This document shows positions 38,629 through 51,530 of a stretch of DNA of 64,000 nt, piece by piece. This stretch comes from Octopus sinensis. Taxonomy: Eukaryota. The position numbers and the translations under genes were made by a program. The DNA is taken from assembly GCF_006345805.1 (NCBI RefSeq), contig NC_042998.1:78740001-78804000 (forward strand), written 5' to 3'. Numbering within the stretch: position 1 is the first letter of the stretch; each line of letters begins with the position of its first letter. Under the pieces are notes generated by a model. The model searched no databases. It saw only the letters and a program-made list of their open reading frames with translations, and was not told the DNA's origin.

Positions 38629-39677
38629 TTTTCAACCCAATATTTACAGTTACTATTTATATTCAATTCCAAAAATGAGTTATTTCACACACACACACAT
38701 ATATCTCTTGTCATCTTCATTTAACATCCATTCTCAATGCTAGCATGAGTTGAATGGTTCAACAGGAGTTGGCCAATTGGAGAGCTGCCTGAGTTCCATT
38801 TGTCTATTTTGGCATGGTTTCTATGGATGGACACCCTTCCTCATGCCAACCACTTTGCAGAGTGTACCAGGTGCTTTTGTGGCACTGGTACAAGTGCTTG
38901 TACATAGCACCAGCACAGATGATTTTATGTGGCACTGGTATGGATGTTTTCACATGTCACCAGCATCAGTACTTTTACATGGCCCCAGCACCTGTAGGCC
39001 TGCAAGAATAGGATTTCTCAGCTGAAAGAGGATTGTAGTGGACATGCCTGTATGAATGGATGCTCTTGATTTTACTTAGTCTGACATATCTCCTCAAGCA
39101 TGAGTTACTAACAGTTTCTTGCTGCAGAAACTTGTGTCTAGGCAGGCTTTTAAAACATGCCTTGTGTCTCCAAGCAATCTTTGGGCTCTGAGCACACAGT
39201 CTGTTCTATTTGAAAACCAGGTCACTGGTACATGGGAAATCATGAGAAAAAAATGAGAAGAAGGTTAATTCAAAAAGTGGAAGAGTGAATGAAAACAGAA
39301 AAAGAAAAGAAAAAAATTAGAGTTACATCCTCTTTGATTGAAAAAAATCATAATAAAACTAGTTGTAGAATAATTTAATGGAAAAGGGTTCAAAGTCTGC
39401 AAGACAGCTGCTCAATCCAAAGAGGGTGGTGTCCTCCAGTTTGCTCACAGAAATTTGCACATATGCTTGCATTTTCTGAAAATACCAGATCTGGTGTTGA
39501 GTAGTGTGGTAAAATTCATAGATCTAATGTGAATGTGCAATCCTTCGCCAATGCACAATTTGCATTTCCTAGATCCATGCCATTCTTTTGCACTCTTTCT
39601 CTCCCTATGTGTGTGTGTGATGTACGTGCATATATGTGTGTGTGTGTATATATATATGTATATATATATATATATAT

Positions 39678-40294
39678 ATCAATTAAATATAAGGATAAAA
39701 TCTATATAAGATTTTATCAAGTATCCAGTGTGTAAAACCAATTAAGGTAAAATATTAATACTAAGTATATAATTTTTTTTATAAATACTTTATTACATTA
39801 AGGGCTGTTACTATAAGTAAAGCCACACACTGGAAAGGGATGCTGAAGTCAAACTGCTTTATCAAAATATATACATCATGTGCTGAAGTCAAGGAAATGA
39901 ACAAAGAAAAAAATTCTTTTAAAAAGATTTAGTTGCATATTGAAATGATTTCATGATCAGTGCTGTAACACACTCTCCATTTGTCAATGCAAACATAGCC
40001 AGAAATATATAAATATAAACACTTATACATACCATACAAACACAACAGAGCATATACAAATTTTCACACTTATACAGCCATGAAAGTATTTTTATCTTGT
40101 CCATCTCAGCCACATGTGTATAACCAAAATAATTCAGCACTGAATATATTTCCGGTTTAATTTTTATCAATTGAATATAAGGATAAAATCTATATACAAT
40201 TTTACCAAGTAGTATATTTTGTTAAAGTAGTTTGAGTTTAGCATCCCTTTCCAGTGTGTGGCTTTACTTATAGTAACAACCCTTAATGTAATAA
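39678..40294. repeat. Element with a 46-bp direct repeat and an ~85-bp inverted repeat (PLE-like terminal architecture)
   Basis: Direct: 39678-39723 vs 40166-40211; inverted: 39790-39874 vs 40212-40294; flanked by TA/CA microsatellites. Confidence 0.7.
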
Positions 40295-40449
40295 TTATAC
40301 ATACACACACATATATATATATGTGTGTGATGAAGCCTTCATATATATATATGTGCCTGATGAAGCCTTCTGGCTTCACAGACCCCAGTAGAACCGTCCA
40401 ACCCATGCTAGCATGGAAAACGGACGCTAAACGACGATGATGATGATGA

Positions 40450-40763
40450 TGATATCACTGTGATCACCGTGAGCGACCAGGCTATCAGATGTTGCTACAC
40501 ATTGCTGGTCACAATGTGCTTCGCATTGCTTTAGCCTTCAAGTGACGCCACCCCGCTGGCTAAGCGAGCAGGCCAACAGAAGAAAGAGTGAGAGAAAGTT
40601 GTGGCGAAAGAGTACAGCAGGAATCGCTACCACCCACTGTCAGAGCCTCGTGGAGCTTTTAGGTGTTTTCGCTCTTTAAACACTCACAGCGCCTGGTCTG
40701 GGAATCGAAATTGCGATCCTACAACCGCGAGTCTGCTGCCCTAACCACTGGGCCATTGCACCT
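40450..40763 (-). mobile_element. tRNA-derived SINE, near full length
   Basis: Minus-strand head gaggtgcaatggcccagtggttagggcagc..tttcgattccc (A/B boxes). Confidence 0.85.
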
Positions 40764-41058
40764 CATATATGTATGTATGTATTGACAAATATGTGCTAAG
40801 AGAACTCAGAGTGACAAGTGGCATGTATTTGACCCACATAGATCAATATAGGCATATAAAATATCACCTCTAGAGGTTGTATCATAACGCAAATGTTGTT
40901 GCTGATGATGCCTATTGAGGTAGAAATGCATGCCTTGGACTTCCTTTTTTTTTTTTTTTTTTTTTTTTCCAGACAATGTCTGACCCTTTCTTTAATTACA
41001 TTAGGGAATTCTTGATTCTTGAAATTATCTTCCTGTCTCATATGGAGCTAGTTTGATT

Positions 41059-41071
41059 TGCCATCTAGTGG
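41059..41071 (-). promoter_or_regulatory. CTCF-like core motif
   Basis: Minus strand CCACTAGATGGCA fits the CTCF core CCRCYAGRKGGCR; motif match only. Confidence 0.4.
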
Positions 41072-42062
41072 TGGAGTTAATTTTGATAATTCAAGAATGT
41101 TTGTCATGTAGTATTTGATATTCATGTATTTGTGTGTGTGTATGTGTATTTTGAATACATGTATGACCTATATCTCCCAATGCATATATATGTGCTTATG
41201 TACCTACTAACATACATATAGAGAGGTACATGTAAATTTGTTCATAATTTTATACATGAAAGCACAGACACACACATTAGCACTTATTCATCCACATACT
41301 CTTTGATATCGAGACACATGTCCTCTATGAACATTGTATGATAAATTTTTAATAGTTTATGCACTTTTCATGTGACAGACACCCAACAGTCATGCTATTA
41401 TTGCAAGATTGAGTTGTGTTGGCTGTGTTTAACCTTTTCATTTATCACTGCAGTGAAATATGCTTACTACAACTGTTACTTTATAATGTTATGTGTTCTA
41501 GTTTTCTAATTAGGTTTTATAAACTGATTCTTTTAGTTGTTAATTGCAGTTTGTCAGAATTTTCGACTATGGATGCAGATGGTTTCAGCGTTTTATAGTT
41601 TGTATTTTTGTAATGAAGGGAGCGCTTTTTTGGTTTGTTGTCAGCTGCACTCTAGTTGTTTTACATATAAATCATCATTACTTAATGCCTGTGTTGGCAG
41701 CTGGCTTATATGTTGTTGTTGTTGTTGTTGTTGTTGTTACTTTGTTACTTTGTTAATGTACCTCTGTATGTTGTGTAGCTAGATGGTTAGTTGTAAAGAA
41801 AAGGTTGTTGGGAGAAGAGAGGGAATGCTTTTAACAAGCATATACTGAAAATTGTAGTAGCTATTACGGTAGTGGTAGTAGCATTGGTGTGCATACTTGC
41901 TAATGAGGGTGGGGACAGCGAAGGCTGTAGTTTCTTTTATTGAAAGAAGTTCTTTTCCAAATCATCAGCCACTTAATGCTTATAATTTAATGCAATTAGG
42001 TGTCGTTGGCTAAATCAAATCTTTCACACATGTATATCTATAATATTTCTCTCTTTCTGAAA

Positions 42063-42280
42063 GTGGCGAGCTGGCAGAATCGTTAGCATACCAGGCAAAA
42101 TGCTTCGCGGAATTTTGTCCACCTTCACGTTCTGAGTTCAAATGCCGCTGAGGTTGACTTCGCTTCTTGTCCTTTCAGGATCAATGAAATAAGTACCAGT
42201 TGAGTACTGGGGTCAATGTAATTGACTTATCCCCACCGCTTAACTTGCTGGCCATGTGCCAAAAATTTGAAGTCAATATT
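42063..42280 (+). mobile_element. tRNA-derived octopus SINE, full length
   Basis: ggcgagctggcagaatcgttagca..gttctgagttcaaatgccgc (B box)..gtaccagttgagtactggggtc; related copies at ~1700-1910, 47800-48012, 53380-53550. Confidence 0.85.
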
Positions 42281-42774
42281 ATTCTCTTACTTCTGTAATG
42301 TTTTGACAATGCAATGAAATTGAAGACATATAACAAGTTTTTTTTTTACAAGACAGTTGACTAATAAACTATGAAAGAAAATCTGATGCAATCCATTAGA
42401 TATAAATTTATATTATTTATAACACAATATATTGATATATACATATTTTTAATTACCTGTGAATATTCTTTTGTTATTGTAGTTATTACTGGTTATTTGA
42501 TTGCAGCCATGCTAGAGCACTGCTTTTCGGGGTTTAATCAAGCATATAAATCGGAGTACTTATTTTAAACTTTGCTATTTATTCTACCATTGTGTATTTC
42601 TCCATACTGCTGTGTTACAATACACAAACAACATCACCTGCTTAAGTAGCTTAAATGTAAACATGTAGAACTTTATCATCATCACTATTTGACATTCATT
42701 TTCCCGTGTTTGCATGGGTCAGACTACACAGACACACACACACACACACACACACATACACATACACATATATG

Positions 42775-42966
42775 TGTACCGTTAGCGATTTTCTCCTCCG
42801 TCTTCCCTTCTCTGGATCTTTCCTTTTCCTATGTTTCTGACGAAGAGCTCCGCTCGAAACTTAAAACCCTCCTTCTTCCCTTCCTTCCTGAGCGTCCAAT
42901 AACACTATATTTGTTCCACATCCTCGCGTTGTTATGTTTTCTCTTTGTGTTTTCATGTTTGGATTA

Positions 42967-42968
<2 letters not shown>
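42775..42968 (+). mobile_element. PLE-type pseudo-LTR fragment containing a hammerhead-like motif (42833-42867)
   Basis: gttt-CTGACGA-aGAGC tcc GCTC-GAAAC-tta-aaac in a CpG-retaining pyrimidine-rich block between (CA)n and (TA)n. Confidence 0.65.
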
Positions 42969-43013
<45 letters not shown>

Positions 43014-43446
43014 GCATGCAAGCATATATACATCAACTGATTGACCGAGATAGTGTTATCTTCTGTGTGTAAATAGACGTACAGCTGTTACTGTTAAGTT
43101 TAGTGCTCCACATAGATTATCATTGTCCAGTTTGCTTCTTGTATAGTGGTTAAACAACTACTACACTTTTTTTGTATTACTTGTTATGATATACAGAACA
43201 AATGTCGGAGAAATTATGATAAACTTGTATTTATTGTAATTTGTCATTTATTTGTATGCATGCAATAGATTGCCATAGAGTTTCTTTGTATTTAATTTCA
43301 CTCAGGGCTATAACAGAAGTAGCTTACCGAATGTGACCAATTCCAACCAATTTCAGAACTACAGATACACACGCACATTTCTATACGCCCATATGTGTAC
43401 GTGTATATATATGTACCTGTTTGTGTGGGCATTTGTGTGTATATAT

Positions 43447-44542
43447 ATCATCAACATCAACTTTCCATGCTGGCATGGGTTGGACGGTTTGACTGAGGGC
43501 TGGCAAGCCAGAAGGCTGTACCAGGCTCCGATCTGATCTGGCAAAGTTTCTACATGCCAGGCAAAATGCTTTGTAGAATTTTTAAGTGTGTAGTGTGTGC
43601 TTTTTACATGCCACCAGCATGAGAGCCAGTCAGGCGGCACTGGCAATGATCACGCCTGAATGGTGCTTTTTACATGCCACCGGCACAGGAGCCAGTTAGG
43701 TGGCACTGGCAATGATCACACTCAAATGGTACATTTAATGTGCCACTGGCATAGGACCAGTCAGGCAGCACTGACATCAACCATGCTCGAATCTTGCTTT
43801 TTACATGCCACCAGCACAAGTGCCAAGCAGGCAGTACTGTCATCGGCCACGACAACAATTTCATTGACTCAGCACATCTTCACAAGTGCAGTTTATTGCA
43901 CAATGATTGAAGGGTACTTTTAAATGGGCTAGTTATGCTGCACTGGCATAGGCCACGGTTACGGTCTCACTTGGCTTGCCAGGTTTTCTCAAGCACAGCA
44001 TATCTCCACAGGTCTCAGTCACTTGTCATCGCCTCGGTGAGGCCCAATGTCTTCCTGGGTCTACCTCTTCCACAGGCTCCCTCTACTGCTAGGGTGTGAC
44101 ACTTTTTCACACAGCTGTCCTCATCCATACATAACACTCGACCATACCAGCCCAGTCGTCTCTCTTACATATCACATCTGATGCTTATTAAGTCCAACTT
44201 TTCTTTCAAGTCACATGCACTCTGTTGCGTATGCATTCTAACATTACACATCCAGCAGAACATACTGGCTTAATTTCTTGAAAGCTTACACATGTTCTCA
44301 GCAGTCATGGCCCATGTTTCACTGCCATGTAGCATGGCTGTTCACACACATGCGTCATACAGTCTACCTTTTACACTGAGCAAAAGGCCCTACGTCACCA
44401 GCAGAGGTAGTAGCTCTCTGAACTTTGCCCAGGCTATTCTTATTCTAGTAGCTACACTCTCAGAGCATCCATCCCCGCTACTGACTTGGTCACTTAGGTA
44501 ACGGAAGCTATCAACTACTTGTAGTTTTTCCCCCTATGACAG
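43447..44542 (-). mobile_element. RTE LINE 3' fragment (RT end, C-terminus, 3' UTR with four 66-bp units)
   Basis: Reverse complement colinear with 49680-50690; unit starts at 43601, 43667, 43733 and ~43798. Confidence 0.92.
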
Positions 44543-44577
44543 TTATTGTACCACATACATACATATATATATGTATG

Positions 44578-44619
<42 letters not shown>

Positions 44620-45001
44620 TGTATTTATTTAGATTATATATTTTGTATTTATTTATATGTATATATTACATTTATATTTTATATATATATATACTAGCTG
44701 ACCATGTGCCGTCAATAATTACAGTTAATTGTAGTATTTTATATATAAATAAGGTACATAATAATCACACATACAAACATTCGTATACTTCCCTTGTACA
44801 TGCACACACATACATACATATACTCACACAGAGTTGAAACGCTGATTTTTTTCACCCCTTCCCTCCTTATTCATCTTTAAGCCCTTCCTTTCTCATTGCT
44901 ATTACTTTCTCTCACTCCCTCTCAGTCAGAGATATTACTCATACTACTTCTCCTTCACTGAATTACTATTTCCTCTCCTCCTCGTCCGTGATTCCTGACA
45001 A

Positions 45002-45040
<39 letters not shown>

Positions 45041-45331
45041 GTGTAGGTATCAGTTAGAGGAGTTTAAAACCTCTAAGGGTAATTAAATCCAAAGGCACTC
45101 CATGCTCATTATTATATTAGAAGATTTATGGTGCTGGTGTCATGTGAATAGTAACCTGTACACTCTATAAAGTGGTTGGCATTAGGAATGGCATCCAGTC
45201 ATACAAACCATGCCAAACAGATAATGGAGCAGGTATGGCTCTTGGTCTTACCAGTTCCTGTCAAACCATCCAACCCATGCCAGCATGGAAAATGGACATT
45301 AAACGATGATGATGATATTACATATTTATAT

Positions 45332-45417
<86 letters not shown>

Positions 45418-45617
45418 TTTATAATTATATTTATATATCTTTTCTTTTACTTGTTTTAGTCACTGAACTTCAGTTATGTTGGCTCCACTTTAAAGGGTCA
45501 AATTGTTCAACCCCAGTAATTATTTTAAAGTCTGGTCCTTCTATTGTAGTCTTTTGCTGAACCTCTAAGTTATAGGAATGTAAAGTAACCAACTCTGGTT
45601 GGTAAGTGTGGGGAGAC

Positions 45618-45657
<40 letters not shown>

Positions 45658-46197
45658 TACATGATGAGCTTTCACACAGTTTCTGTCTACTAAATTCACT
45701 CAGAAAGCATTAATCTACTTGGGACTATAGAAGCATTTGTCAAAGATACCACCCAAAAGCACATGGTTACAAAGTGAGTTTCCTAACCACACTGCTATAT
45801 ATATATATATCAACCTCATCATCATTTACATTTATTTTCCATGCTGGCATGAGTTATATATACATACAAAGGGAAGTTTCCTTGGAAGACCTAATAGCTG
45901 TTAAATAAACAGCTTTATGAACCGCACCAATTGAGAATGCACCATGTTGCTATTGGTGAATTTGAACCCTTGTATTAATTATCTGCTGCTTTATCATTCG
46001 CTCTGCATTACTGTTTCGCACTTGTTATACTGCAGTACCAATCTTTCTTTGAGTAATTAATTGAAGAAAGAGGTATGTGTCCCTAGCCTTTTTTGTTTTT
46101 ATTTTCTTTAATGTCACATAAATTGTTGGCGGGGTTAGTGAGTACATTTGAATAGTTTTAATATTGTCAACGACCAGCTTAATCAGTACGAAATTCA

Positions 46198-46236
46198 ATG
46201 AAGTGGGAGAAAAGTCGTGTGAAGAATGTAATTCAG
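46198..46236 (+). CDS. Candidate alternative first exon MKWEKSRVKNVIQ (phase 0)
   Basis: Donor CAG|GTAGGA; upstream unique region has CCAAT boxes, GGCGGGG and another donor GAG|GTATGT at 46073. Confidence 0.35.
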
Positions 46237-47799
46237 GTAGGATTGTATTTGTGAGTAAGTATTATTGGGTGCGTAGTGTTCTTTATGGAGCTGTGGAAGT
46301 GACTTGGTGTGCACGAGTTGTGTAGGTGTCTTATGTATTTGTATTGCTACAACAATTACACAGACTGCTATTGTTGTTGCAGAAATAGTACTTATGAGAG
46401 AAAGAAAGGAACTGGTTCAAATGGATGTGACTATAAATTTTATTAGGTATGGTCTTGTAGCTTACCTATCCATGTGATCACCTTTTATTTTAAATATAGA
46501 ATATGTTGTTGTTTATCCCCAGACAAGAACTAAGCAAGGAAATGATCAAAGGCATTGATTATAAAAAAGTTATACCCATCCACATGTTTTTATATATCTA
46601 AGGCTACTTCATTCAACGTTTCCTTCCTTTAAAAAAAACTAAAAAAAAGCAGATGTGGGTTTTCAGAGATTTGGCTGCTATTTTTAGCAGGTCAAGTTAC
46701 CATTTAGTGGTTCCTTCATTGGCACATATTATGTGTGTTTGTCTAGTGGGTGCACTTGACAAATAAACAAACAAAAAATAGTAACAAAATGTTGCTTGAT
46801 AAGTATGACCTATATTTCTCCGTATGGTGAGAAAATGTGCTTAATATGAATTTCAACTTGCACTTTGCTTGCTTTGAGAAAATCTATCTAGTATCCCATG
46901 CACTTCCACTGCACTGATAAGATCTTTGTCTGCTAGATGTTACCTGCACTTTTCGCTGCTGTGACAATACATTGTCAGTCAGGTATTTTGGTTGCAGCTT
47001 GTTCTGTACTCGATAAATCCTGTCAGTTTGATGTCCGCTGACTTTAATGCTGCAGTTTTATAAAAAAATATCATGTCAATGCAACATTTTTCATTTGTCT
47101 TCGCCATTGTAGTTTCTTCCTGCCTTTTTATTTTGTCTTTTAGAGTAAAATGAGAGTGGATGTATATCTGTTTCTATGTTTTACTTGAAAATAGAAATAA
47201 AAAGATATTGATTAATTTATGTATTAAACTGCTGCATTAGATACAGCCTAAGTGTTGTTTTCTAGCATGTAAAAAGTTCATTTACACAACAAGTTTAGAT
47301 TCATCAGTAGACAGTTGAGGTCATTGACATCTGCTTATGAAATAGGACAATAGAGGAAGTTTGTTATTTTGTTTTGTTGAAGTATGAAGATAAAGCATAG
47401 TTTGGCTAATTGTAGTTCATACACCTAACAAATTTGTTTATCATATCCCAATCCTATTCAGTTTTTTATAATGAGGGTCTCTTTCCTGCCCAAATGCAGT
47501 TGAGAAGTAGGATTCCAAAGCTGGCTGTCATGATTTCTCTCACTGGTTTCTGCATTAGAGTTGACTCTACTGATAGCACTTTGCTGACTCTGTATGTTCT
47601 TGTGCAATGTGAACCCTGTTTAGCTCTACAGTTTGGGAGCACTTATCTTCATTTCCAGAATTTTTTCCTTCCCAGCAAAAAATCAGTTTAGTTTCTAATA
47701 CTCTCTCATTAATTTCTGTATGTGCATACACACACAAACATGCAAATATAAAAGTGTATCAGTTTTTATTCAGAGTAATTGCTCACTTAGGGTACCAGT

Positions 47800-48012
47800 A
47801 TAGCACGCCGGGCGAAATGTGTAGCCGTATTTCGTCTGCTGCTATGTTCTGAGTTCAAATTCCGCCGAGGTCGACTTTGCCTTTCATCCTTTCGGGGTCA
47901 ATTAAATAAGTACCAGTTATGCACTGGGGTAGATATAATTGACTTAATACGTTTGTCTGTCCTTGTTTGTCCCCTCTATGTTTAGCCCCTTGTGTGTAGT
48001 AAAGAAATAAGT
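47800..48012 (+). mobile_element. 5'-truncated young SINE copy (family of 42063-42280)
   Basis: tagcacgccgggcgaaatg..gttctgagttcaaattccgccgaggtcgac. Confidence 0.85.
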
Positions 48013-48219
48013 ATTAAGGATTATAAATTCCATGTCTCATTTGCTGATGTCTTACCTTTATTCTTTTTTTTACACCTTGATTGTAATGAGTAGAGTGGGG
48101 AAATTTGGTGTAAAAGGTTATGGATGTTGTCATTAGAGGTGGAGGAACTGTTGTGAGTCACCGTGATGGGTGGAGATTATCAGCTAAAGAATTTCTGGAG
48201 CCCTAAGAGAGGGCTCAAG

Positions 48220-48382
48220 CTCTAGTGTAGCAAGAGTGTGAGCTGCCCAGAGCAGTCCTTCAGTTTGTTATCTTCCACCCAAATACATCTTGCCTACAGC
48301 TGACCCAAAAGTGGTGCCACCCCAATAAAAGAGGGCTGTCCTAGGTGGACCACCCCTCTGCCCCTCTCTAGCTATGTTAGTG
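48220..48382. mobile_element. hAT-like MITE with 8-bp TSD
   Basis: TSD ggctcaag at 48212-48219 and 48383-48390; imperfect TIR ctctagtgtagc / gctatgttagtg. Confidence 0.75.
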
Positions 48383-48724
48383 GGCTCAAGAAAAGAGGTG
48401 ATTGTTTAGTGGTGTGGAGGAAGTTGCCATGAGATGATGGATGTTATAATGAGAGGTTATAGTTTGTCATGGGAGATGTGTAGGGTGGATCTGCATTTGT
48501 ACCAGCCAGGGATATGTCTGATCTTACTGAAGCCTGTCACTTCCATATTAATAATAATTTTACAGAAACTTTTCTAATGAATAAATACTCATTAGTAACA
48601 AAAAAAAAAATAGTAAATAATTGATATATCTATAACATTTCTTAAGTCTTAATAGCTCACAACTCAGCTATAATATATATATATATATATATATATAGCC
48701 TTGCCTATGCTGGTATTCTGTATA

Positions 48725-50688
48725 CAAGCTATCTGAATTGACAGTACCTTGGTAGATAAAGCAATTAAGGGTATGAAGACAGGGAAAGCCCCTGGCCCAT
48801 CAGGAATCACTGCAGAGATGCTTAAAATATTTGGTGGTGTTGGCTATAGTCTAGTCACATGGATAGTCAGTCAGGTGATATATGAAGGAGTCATTCCCAC
48901 TGACTGGTGTAGCAGCACCATTAGTCAGCTGCTACAAAGGTAAAAGTGATGCATTAGATTCAAATAATTAGTGAGGTATCAAGTTGTTGGATCAGGTAAT
49001 GAAGTCACAAAGAGGGTCATAGCCCAACTAATTAGGGAGAGACATAGTTTAGATGAGATGCAGTTTGGGTTTGTACCAAGGAAAAGCACCACATGCTATA
49101 TTTCTGATAAGACAGTTGCAGGAGAAATACCTAGCCAAAGATAAACTGCTATAACTGACTTTTGTTGACATGGAGAAAACCTTTGACAGAGTCCCCCAAT
49201 CCTTTATCTGGTGGTCAATGCGAAAATCAGGGATAGATGAGTGGTTAGTGAGAGCTGTACAAGCCATGTACAGGGATGCTATCATTAAGGTGTGGGTTGG
49301 CAATGAGTATAGTGAAGAATTCCATGTAGGGGTCTACTAAGGATCAGTCCTCAGCCCCCTCTTATTCATCATAGTCCTCCAGGCAGTAACAGAGGAATTC
49401 AAGACAGGATGTTCCTGTGAGCTCCTCCATGCTGATGACCCTGCTTTAATAGCTCTGTTACTATCAGAACTAGAGAAGTTTTAGGTGTGGAAGCAAGGTC
49501 TAGAATCAAAGGGCTTAATCTAGCAAAAACCAAAGTCTTAATAAGCAGGAAGCAGACAAATCACACATTCCTTCAGGTAGATGGCTTTGCTCGATCTTCA
49601 GAAAAAGCATAGGTAGAAACTCCATAAGATGTGCCCAGTTTAAGTTAGGGACACATAAAAGGTGCAGCAATATCAAGGTAGAAGCTCTGAGAGAGTATCT
49701 GTTAGAATAAAAATAGCCAGAGCAAAGTTCAGTGAGCTCCTTCCTCTGCTGGTGACAAAGAGCCCATCGCTCAGTGTAAAAGGTAAACTGTATGACACAT
49801 GTATGCAAACAGCCATGCTACATGGTAGTGAAACATGGGCCATGACTGTTGAGGACATGTGTAAGCTTGCAAAGAATGAAGCTAGTATGCTCCGCTGGAT
49901 GTGTAATGTCAGTGTGCATACACGACAGAGTATAAGCACCCTGAGAGAAAAGTTGGGCCTAAGAAGCATCAGATGTGGTATGTAAGAGAGGCGACTGGGC
50001 TGGTATGGTCATGTGTTGCGTATGGATGAGGAGAGCTGTGTGAAAAAGTGTCTCACACTAGCAGTAGAGGGAACCTGTGGAAGAAGTAGATCCAAGAAGG
50101 CCTGGGATGAGGTAGTGAAACACAACCTTCTAATGCTGGGCCCCACGGAGGCGATGACAAGTGACCGAGACCTTTGGAAATATGCTGTACTTGAGAAGAC
50201 CTGGCAAGCCAAGTGAGACCATAACCGTGGCCTATGCCAGTGCAGCATAACTGGCCCATTTAAGAGTATCCTTCAATCATTGGGCAATAAACTGTGCTTG
50301 CAAAGATCTGCTGAGTCAAGTGAAGTCATTGTTGTGGCCAGTGCCAGTACCACATAACTGGTACCCATGCCTGTGACGCATAAAAAGTACCATTTGAGCG
50401 TGGTTGATGCCAGTGCCACTTGACTGCTCTTGTGCTGGTGGCATGTAAAAAGCACCATTCTGTCGTGGTCGATGCCAGTACCACTTGACTGGCCCTTGTG
50501 CCAATGGTACATAAAAAACACCCACTACACTCTCAAAGTGGTTGGCATTAGGAAAGGCATTCAGCTGTAGAAATCTTGCCAGATCAGATTGGTGCCTGGT
50601 ATAGCCATCTGGCTTGCCAGTCCCCAGTCAAACTGTTCAACCCATGCCAGCATGGAAAGCAGATGTTAAGCAACGATAATGATGATGA
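48725..50688 (+). mobile_element. 5'-truncated RTE-clade LINE (pseudogenised RT + complete 3' UTR + GAT tail)
   Basis: AIKGMKTGKAPGPSGITAEMLK, FVDMEKTFDRVP, GSVLSPLLF, LHADD (YADD), MLHGSETW, LRWMC..., stop at 50216; multiple stops and frameshifts. Confidence 0.95.
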
Positions 50689-50849
50689 AGTACAAAAAAT
50701 ATATTTACTGCCCAATTTGAGATTGTGGGGATTGGGCAGGAGCTCCATTGGGCAAGTGGTAACATAATCACCTGCTATGTGATACATGCCTGTTTCTTTG
50801 CTTTCTGCAATTGGTGCTTATAATGAATGTATAATAGACTGAAAGGATA

Positions 50850-51530
50850 ATATTGCATCTGATTAAGAAAACTATTAAAACCAATGCAATGGAGTTTGGT
50901 TTTGTACCACAAGAAGTACTGGAGCTTCTGCTGAGGCCATCTTCTGAATGAGAAATCTCCAGGGGAAGTATCTAGCCAGGTGAAAGCCTCTATACTAGGC
51001 ATTTGTCAACCTAGAGAAGTTGTTTGACTGGGTTCCATGCTCTGTTAGCTGATGGTTGCTGAGGAAGCTAGGAGTAAACAAATGTCTTATGAGAGCTGCA
51101 CAGGACATGTTGCAGAAAAATGAAAGGTAGTAATTAGTATAACGATAAATGAGTGTGAAGTTGAGGTGCATCAGGATTTATGCCTCAGCCTCCTGTTGTT
51201 CGTTATAATCATCCAGGCTATGGCATAGGACTTTAAGGACTCATTGCCATGAGAACTCCTATATGCTGATCACTGAGTTTCTATAGAGGATTCTGTAGGA
51301 GAATTATAAAAGAAATTTCAGATATGAAAACAAAAACTGGAATAGGGAGATTTTAACTTTGTGCATACGTATTTGTATATATAGGCATATATCTTTAGGT
51401 ATGACAGAATACCTCATACTGTAATCTGATGGTCACAGAGAAATCTAGGGGTTGATGAATGTCTTGTGAGAGCCATATGAGCATGTACAGAGGTGCTGTC
51501 AGTAAGTTGAGATATAACAATGAGCACAAT
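50850..51530 (+). mobile_element. Older, more decayed RTE RT fragments
   Basis: FGFVP, KYLAR, AFVNLEKLFDWVP, LRKLGV, VHQ..LSLLLF, ELLYAD motifs. Confidence 0.8.

Noticed and set aside
46789-46832. Further first exon at donor ATG|GTGAGA (46827)
   Set aside because: Upstream ATGs exist in all three phases and the site is next to a SINE remnant; no independent support
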